A DNA stretch of 64,000 nucleotides from Acidobacteriota bacterium (GTDB lineage: Bacteria; Acidobacteriota; UBA890; WLXD01). Below, in pieces: positions 58,947 to 64,000 of this stretch. The notes under the pieces are model-generated. The model made no database searches. It was given only the letters and a program-made list of their open reading frames with translations, and was not told where the DNA came from. The translations under genes and the position numbers were made by a program. The stretch lies in the NCBI GenBank assembly GCA_965205505.1, contig CBDBHB010000009.1, positions 1,824,001 through 1,888,000 of the forward strand, read 5' to 3'. Each line of letters begins with the position of its first letter. Within the stretch, counting starts at the first letter, position 1.

Positions 58947-60358
58947 GAAGGGTGGCCGCGGTGGCAACCATGGCGCTCTCGGGACTGGTGGTGGCCTGCT
59001 CGGCGGGCGCTCCAGAGATGACGGTACCGCAGCGACTGGTGCTGATCACCATCGACACGTTGCGCGCTGACCACATGTCGAGCTTCGGCTATCCGATTGC
59101 CACGACGCCGTTCCTGGATCGACTGGCAGCGGAAGGGACACTATTCACGCGTGCCTATGCCCATTCCGCGACCACCAAGCCCTCGCATTCGTCGATGTTC
59201 ACGTCGCTGTATCCAGTGCAGCACCGCGTCCAGAACAACGGTCTGGTTCTCGACGAGGAGTTCGAGACGATGGCAGAGCTACTAGGTGCAGCCGGGTATG
59301 CGACGGCGGCGTTCGTGAGCACGGACGCGCCGCTGGGAGGCAACGTCAGACAGGGCTTCGAGGAATGGGATCAGCATCGGGTCGACCGCGAGATGGAGGG
59401 CGGGCGCAAGCTGTACCGTGACGCGGGCGACACCGTCGATCGTGCACTGGCTTGGGTCGGCGAGGCGGTCGCTGACGGTCGAGAGAGCTTCTTTCTATGG
59501 GTCCATGTGTACGATCCCCACAAGCCGCTGCAGCCGCCGGACGAGGTTCTCGAGGAGGTCGAGGGCATGATCGCCGAGCTCGGCGAGCAGGCGTATCGTG
59601 ATCTGCTGGTGAGCCGTGGCATTCCGGCCGCCGACGAGGATAGCGGGGCGCGCACCGATGTGGCCGCTTATGACGCCGAGATCATGTATGCAGATCGGCA
59701 GCTGGCACGCTTGTTTGCGCACTTCGACGCCGCCGGCCTCAACGACGAGGCAGTTTGGATTGTCACCTCGGATCATGGCCAGGGGCTCGGCGCTCATGAT
59801 TGGTTCGGGCATTCCAAGCAGATATACAACGCCCAGCTCTGGGTGCCGTTGCTGTTCTGGCGCGCCGACGGCGCGGCAGGGATTCGCGTGCACGAGCGCG
59901 TCGTTCAACATGTCGACATGTTACCGACGGTGGCGGCGATCTTCCAGCTGACCCCAAACCAGATCATGCCCATGCAGGGCCGATCTCTTACGCAGTATCT
60001 GGGCGGCGGCCGACCACGCGATGCCGGATGGTTTGCCTTCGCCGAGCGTAGCTACTACGAGGATGCCTCGATGCGGCGGCAGCAGCGTGGCAACTATGAG
60101 GCCGGCGAGCGCTACGCGATCCAAGACATCGAATACAAGTACCTTCGCTACGAAGAGGGCGCCGACGAGTTCTATGACCTGCGCAGTGACCCGTATGAGC
60201 TGGTCAACTTGATCGCCGCCCCGGAACTCGCGGAGCGGCGCGATCAGATGCGCGACGTGCTGGCCTCTTTGTTAGAGAACATGCCGAGCGAGCGCGAGGC
60301 GCAGACCGTGTCGCCGGAAGACCTGGCGCGCTTGCGCGACCTCGGGTACTTGCAGTAG
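58943..60358 (+). CDS. Sulfatase-like lipoprotein (Thr in place of the Cys/Ser active-site residue) with LxxLGY tail
   Basis: Lipobox VVAC, IDTLRADH, TTKPSHSSMFT, YDPH, TSDHG; ends RLRDLGYLQ. Confidence 0.9.
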   Translation: MRRVAAVATMALSGLVVACSAGAPEMTVPQRLVLITIDTLRADHMSSFGYPIATTPFLDRLAAEGTLFTRAYAHSATTKPSHSSMFTSLYPVQHRVQNNGLVLDEEFETMAELLGAAGYATAAFVSTDAPLGGNVRQGFEEWDQHRVDREMEGGRKLYRDAGDTVDRALAWVGEAVADGRESFFLWVHVYDPHKPLQPPDEVLEEVEGMIAELGEQAYRDLLVSRGIPAADEDSGARTDVAAYDAEIMYADRQLARLFAHFDAAGLNDEAVWIVTSDHGQGLGAHDWFGHSKQIYNAQLWVPLLFWRADGAAGIRVHERVVQHVDMLPTVAAIFQLTPNQIMPMQGRSLTQYLGGGRPRDAGWFAFAERSYYEDASMRRQQRGNYEAGERYAIQDIEYKYLRYEEGADEFYDLRSDPYELVNLIAAPELAERRDQMRDVLASLLENMPSEREAQTVSPEDLARLRDLGYLQ

Positions 60359-60366
60359 TCAGGCCA

Positions 60367-61206
60367 CTAGATGGTTACCCCGAAGCGTCCCTTTAGGGCG
60401 AAGGCGAGGGCAATCGTCAAGATGAAGAAAACGATCAGCCAGTCGGTCTCGAAGCCGAGAACACCGACAGCACGCGTCGGGTAGATAACCTCGATCTCGA
60501 TGATAGCCCCGTCGCGGGGTAGGGAAGGCTCGGCCGGGTACAGCAGCGAATTCAAGAACCCAGGCTTGAGCCTATAGGGCGATCGACGCACGACAGCGTC
60601 GGACACCACGATCCGCTTGGTGACGCGTTGGCCGGCGGCTTCGATCTGTACCTCGAAGTTACCTGGGCTGTCGGCCACGATCCGCCAGGCGAGCTGATTT
60701 CGCGCCGGTATCCAGACGCGCGGGCTGTCGAGCCGTAGACCGGCGGGCAAGCTCACGGCGGACTCTGGAGCGGTGCTGGTGGCTAGTCCGTCATCGAGGC
60801 TCACCTGCAGAACGGTCTGCTCGCCAACCGTGAGGCCCCGATACGCGTAGTGGAATTGCAGCTGGGCAATGACCAAGACGAACGGCACTATCATGAACAC
60901 CATCGGCACCAGGTTCAGGCCGAGATAGGTCATGTTGTCGCGCAGGATGCCGCCCTGAGCACGCAGGATCGCCACGATGTCGTCGTTGAACAGGCGGATC
61001 TCGAACAGGCCGGCGGCGATCTTGCGCTTGACGCGCTCAATCGCCGGCTGGTTGGAGGTGGCGCGGTATCCGAGCAACATCAGCACCGAGCAGCCCAGCG
61101 ACACTATCGTCAGCCCGACCATCGGGTGTAGCTGCCGAAAGGGCAACAGCATCAGGTCGAATAGGGGGCGCAATAGCCCGTTCACAGCGCCGAGAATGGC
61201 GTTCAT
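60367..61206 (-). CDS. Membrane protein with DUF106/EMC3-like architecture
   Basis: Amphipathic N-helix, TM1, helical hairpin, TM2 (PMVFMIVP), soluble beta domain, C-terminal TM (DWLIVFFIL). Family assignment is an inference. Confidence 0.65.
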   Translation of the reverse strand: MNAILGAVNGLLRPLFDLMLLPFRQLHPMVGLTIVSLGCSVLMLLGYRATSNQPAIERVKRKIAAGLFEIRLFNDDIVAILRAQGGILRDNMTYLGLNLVPMVFMIVPFVLVIAQLQFHYAYRGLTVGEQTVLQVSLDDGLATSTAPESAVSLPAGLRLDSPRVWIPARNQLAWRIVADSPGNFEVQIEAAGQRVTKRIVVSDAVVRRSPYRLKPGFLNSLLYPAEPSLPRDGAIIEIEVIYPTRAVGVLGFETDWLIVFFILTIALAFALKGRFGVTI

Positions 61207-61227
61207 CGTGATGTGCTCGTTGTCAGG

Positions 61228-61422
61228 TCAGGAAATGTAGCCGAGACCCTGGAGCTTCTTGCGGATATCCTCTTCGGAGTCGGCCTCCTCCAGGACGGCG
61301 AGCTCCTTCTCAAGCGCATAGGTGATGAACTCCTCGACCGAGGAGTATCCGGCTATGTCCGCATACTTCCTGACGCGGTTGAGTAAACCACTGTCCAGTT
61401 TGATCTTGCCGCCTCCGAACAT
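61228..61422 (-). CDS. 64-aa protein, ribbon-helix-helix-like, with C-terminal LxxLGY motif
   Basis: KIKLDSGLLNRVRKYADIAGYSSVEEFI...EEDIRKKLQGLGYIS; RBS AGGAG. Confidence 0.8.
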   Translation of the reverse strand: MFGGGKIKLDSGLLNRVRKYADIAGYSSVEEFITYALEKELAVLEEADSEEDIRKKLQGLGYIS

Positions 61423-61459
61423 CCTTCATCTCCTGTTACCGGACACTAGGGACAGACCG

Positions 61460-63451
61460 TCAATTCGTCTCAACCGTCACCGGGGTGCTGCCGTCCGGGA
61501 AGCCGTCGATGCCGTACTCGGCGAGCAGAGATGCTGCCAGGTTCTGCAGCGACGACGCCGGGCGCGCCAGAGCGCGGCTGGTTAGCAGCACGCCCGGAAC
61601 CGCCGCCGGGTCCCAGATGTGGTCGCCTGACCAATCGTCGGTGTTGTCGGTAATGAACTCCGCTTCCAGCCCGCCGAGAGCGCCGTTGCCAGAACCACGC
61701 ACGTGCGGTGCGTAGCCGACGATGATGTCGGGCCCTATCTCCAGATGGCCGCGGTCGTGGAAGTCGCGTTCACGAATGAACACTCGTGTGATGGCCGGTT
61801 CACCGGTGGCCGGATCCACGGTGGCCAGCAAGTCACGTTCGAGCTGGAGGAGCAACTCGTCGCGGTCGCCGGGCGCCACCAGGCCCTGTGACTCACGGCC
61901 ACGAATGTTCAAGTACAGGGCGCTGATGCCGACACTGTACGCCTGAGTGGCGTTCCAGTCGACGCCGCCGAAGAACTCCCGAATAGGTAGTCGCGTGCGG
62001 CGCTGCAGCGCCATGTAGCCGTTCTCGTGCAGCCATGTGTTGAGGTTGAACGACCGGCGCCAGCTGCCAAACCCGTGGTCCGACATGATGACCAACAAGG
62101 TGTCGTCGGAGATGCGATCCAGCGTGTGGCCGACCAGCGCGTCGAACTCCTCGTACAGGCTCGGAATGATGTCACGATACCGGTCGTGGCTCTCGGCCAC
62201 GTATGCCGGGTGCTCCGGGTCGCGCGTCAAGCCCCACATGACATGCGAGATTTGGTCGGCGCTACCGAAATACGAGAACAGAAAGCCGCCGTTCCAGTTC
62301 TCCAGGAGATGCTTGTACTGTGCCGTCGTCTCGTCGCGGGTGAGCGTGACCTGCGTGAGGAACTCGTCGAGGTCGAAGACGCCCCACTGGAGTGCCTTGG
62401 TGTCCTGCGGCATCTCCTGCGTGTAGTAGCGGCCGGTGGCGTTGCCCAGCTCGGTGGCGAACGAGTCTGGGTGCGAGATCGCCGACCCAGGGTTGAGAGG
62501 GTCTATCTGAATCGGCGTGACGTAGAGGCCGAAGTCCTGACGCACCGACTTGAGGTAGAAGCGCACCGCGCCCGAGATCGACATTACGTAGGGCACGAGA
62601 TCGAAGTCGGCACTGACCCAGGGGCTCCACTCGCCCTCCTGCAGGATGAGCTCTTGGTCGTTGATCACGATCTTCACAACGGGGTTGTCGGGATCGATAA
62701 ATACCTCGAAGTCGGCTCCCACCGCATCGCCCTCTTCCAGTGTAAAGGGGTTGTCGGTGAGGGCGTACAGGGTTCCGCTGAACACGCCATCGATGATGTC
62801 GGCGGGGTAGATATGCCCGCCCGACACGTCGGTCTTCATGAATTGGCGGCGATCGGTGGAGAAGAACGTAAACTCGCCGGGCGTGCCGCCGAGGTCCGGC
62901 GTCCCCATGCCCGAGAGCTCGCGGGCGCCGGCGCCCACGGGCGGAAAGTTGGCAGGCATCCGTATGAGAGTGCTGTCGATTCCGTTGTCGGTAAGCAATT
63001 GCCAGAACGGTGTGCCGTACCGCGCCAGTTGGATGTCACCGCCGCTGAGAGGGAAGGACCAGCCGCCAAGCGTGAGCGACCTGCCCACCGGGGTCTCCTT
63101 GGTCATCGCTTGATAAGGCCAACCGAAGGGCAGCGGCGGATCACGCTCGAGGTCACGATGCAGGAAGTCGTAGATCCCATGACCGCCGGAGTCCATGCCG
63201 GTGATGAAGTTCGACCAGGCCACCGGACTTTGTGGGGTCAGCGACGTTTCCAGGGGCGCGAAGGTGCCAGAGTCCGCGAGCCGTTTGAAGTTCGGCAAGC
63301 GGCCGGCGTCGATAAGCTCCTGCGTCAGGGTGTAGTCGAGCCCGTCGATCCCCAGCACGATGACGTTCGGTCCGTCTGATCTCGGTCCGCCGCCGCAGGC
63401 GCTGATCGTCGATACGACCAGCAGCAGACTCCACAGCATGGCGGATCGCAT
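61460..63451 (-). CDS. Alkaline-phosphatase-superfamily (NPP-type) lipoprotein
   Basis: Lipobox ISAC, VIVLGIDGLD, PQSPVAWSNFITG, GHGIYDF, MSDHGF, WSGDH. Start at MRSAML. Confidence 0.9.
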   Translation of the reverse strand: MRSAMLWSLLLVVSTISACGGGPRSDGPNVIVLGIDGLDYTLTQELIDAGRLPNFKRLADSGTFAPLETSLTPQSPVAWSNFITGMDSGGHGIYDFLHRDLERDPPLPFGWPYQAMTKETPVGRSLTLGGWSFPLSGGDIQLARYGTPFWQLLTDNGIDSTLIRMPANFPPVGAGARELSGMGTPDLGGTPGEFTFFSTDRRQFMKTDVSGGHIYPADIIDGVFSGTLYALTDNPFTLEEGDAVGADFEVFIDPDNPVVKIVINDQELILQEGEWSPWVSADFDLVPYVMSISGAVRFYLKSVRQDFGLYVTPIQIDPLNPGSAISHPDSFATELGNATGRYYTQEMPQDTKALQWGVFDLDEFLTQVTLTRDETTAQYKHLLENWNGGFLFSYFGSADQISHVMWGLTRDPEHPAYVAESHDRYRDIIPSLYEEFDALVGHTLDRISDDTLLVIMSDHGFGSWRRSFNLNTWLHENGYMALQRRTRLPIREFFGGVDWNATQAYSVGISALYLNIRGRESQGLVAPGDRDELLLQLERDLLATVDPATGEPAITRVFIRERDFHDRGHLEIGPDIIVGYAPHVRGSGNGALGGLEAEFITDNTDDWSGDHIWDPAAVPGVLLTSRALARPASSLQNLAASLLAEYGIDGFPDGSTPVTVETN

Positions 63452-63477
63452 CGTTGGCCGGCCGCCGCGAGGTGCAC

Positions 63478-64000
63478 TCAAGGCCCAGCCGAGTCGGCCT
63501 CGGCGCCCTCTTTGAAGAGCGGTCGGCCGTCCATGTAGCTGGGAGTCGGGACACCGAACTGCTGTAGCGCCGTTGGAGCGATGTCGATGAGCGCAGGATC
63601 GTCGACGTCGATGACGCGATTGCAGAACAACACTCCCGGAACGAGCCGTGGGTCGACGCAGTGGTCGCCACTCCAGGCCTTCACGTTGTCTTCGAATAGC
63701 GGCGCATCGACCACGCCGGTGGCGCAATCCCAGGAAGTACGGTAGCCGCGGTTGTACCCGATGATGAACTCGGGAGCGTTCTCGAGATACGGACCCCGGT
63801 AAAGCTGGGCGGTATCGAACGCCTCGACGATGGCCACCTCGTCGTTCTCTTCGTCCCGTAGTCCTTTGAGCTTGGTGCCGATCTCTGCTTTCAGGGAATC
63901 GACTTCAGAGCGTTCGACGATGCCCTGCGACTCGCGGCCCTTGATGTTGAAGAACATACCCGACAGCCCGAGACAGTAGGCTTTGGTGCGTGACCAGTCG
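63478..64000 (-). CDS. Second alkaline-phosphatase-superfamily paralog, 3' end only (runs off window)
   Basis: DWSRTKAY...NIKGRESQGIV, WSGDHC, DIAPT; homologous to the C-terminus of the downstream gene. Confidence 0.88.
   Translation of the reverse strand, partial: DWSRTKAYCLGLSGMFFNIKGRESQGIVERSEVDSLKAEIGTKLKGLRDEENDEVAIVEAFDTAQLYRGPYLENAPEFIIGYNRGYRTSWDCATGVVDAPLFEDNVKAWSGDHCVDPRLVPGVLFCNRVIDVDDPALIDIAPTALQQFGVPTPSYMDGRPLFKEGAEADSAGP

Overview
High-GC bacterial chromosomal window, probably Acidobacteriota (inferred from two ADOP-type duplicated orphan ABC permeases, one paired with a PadR gene). It holds a tricorn-type protease, an intact lower-GC mmsA/iolA sitting inside the remains of a high-GC copy of the same gene, and an IS1111-type IS110 element. 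Also present: comM/yifB, an MltD-like LysM transglycosylase, a two-gene microcompartment locus, recA, a LeuT-like transporter with a small partner ORF, tRNA-Phe followed by a sensor-kinase island, a his operon, polyamine genes, blaI/blaR-like genes, glpKD, and a sulfatase/alkaline-phosphatase-superfamily cluster. The strongest finding is the IS1111 element. It is inserted exactly in the terminal CTAG of a MITE, and its 3' non-coding region has a bridge/seek-RNA-like loop whose two guide segments match that MITE end. Other notable features: a family of modular, covarying hairpin MITEs whose terminal CTAG often coincides with TAG stop codons; a His6 leader-peptide attenuator; a HisD-HisC fusion; and a DUF106/EMC3-like membrane protein plus a stand-alone 'LxxLGY' microprotein in the phosphatase cluster. 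All calls come from reading the sequence by eye; no searches were run. Several single-base frameshifts may be assembly errors.
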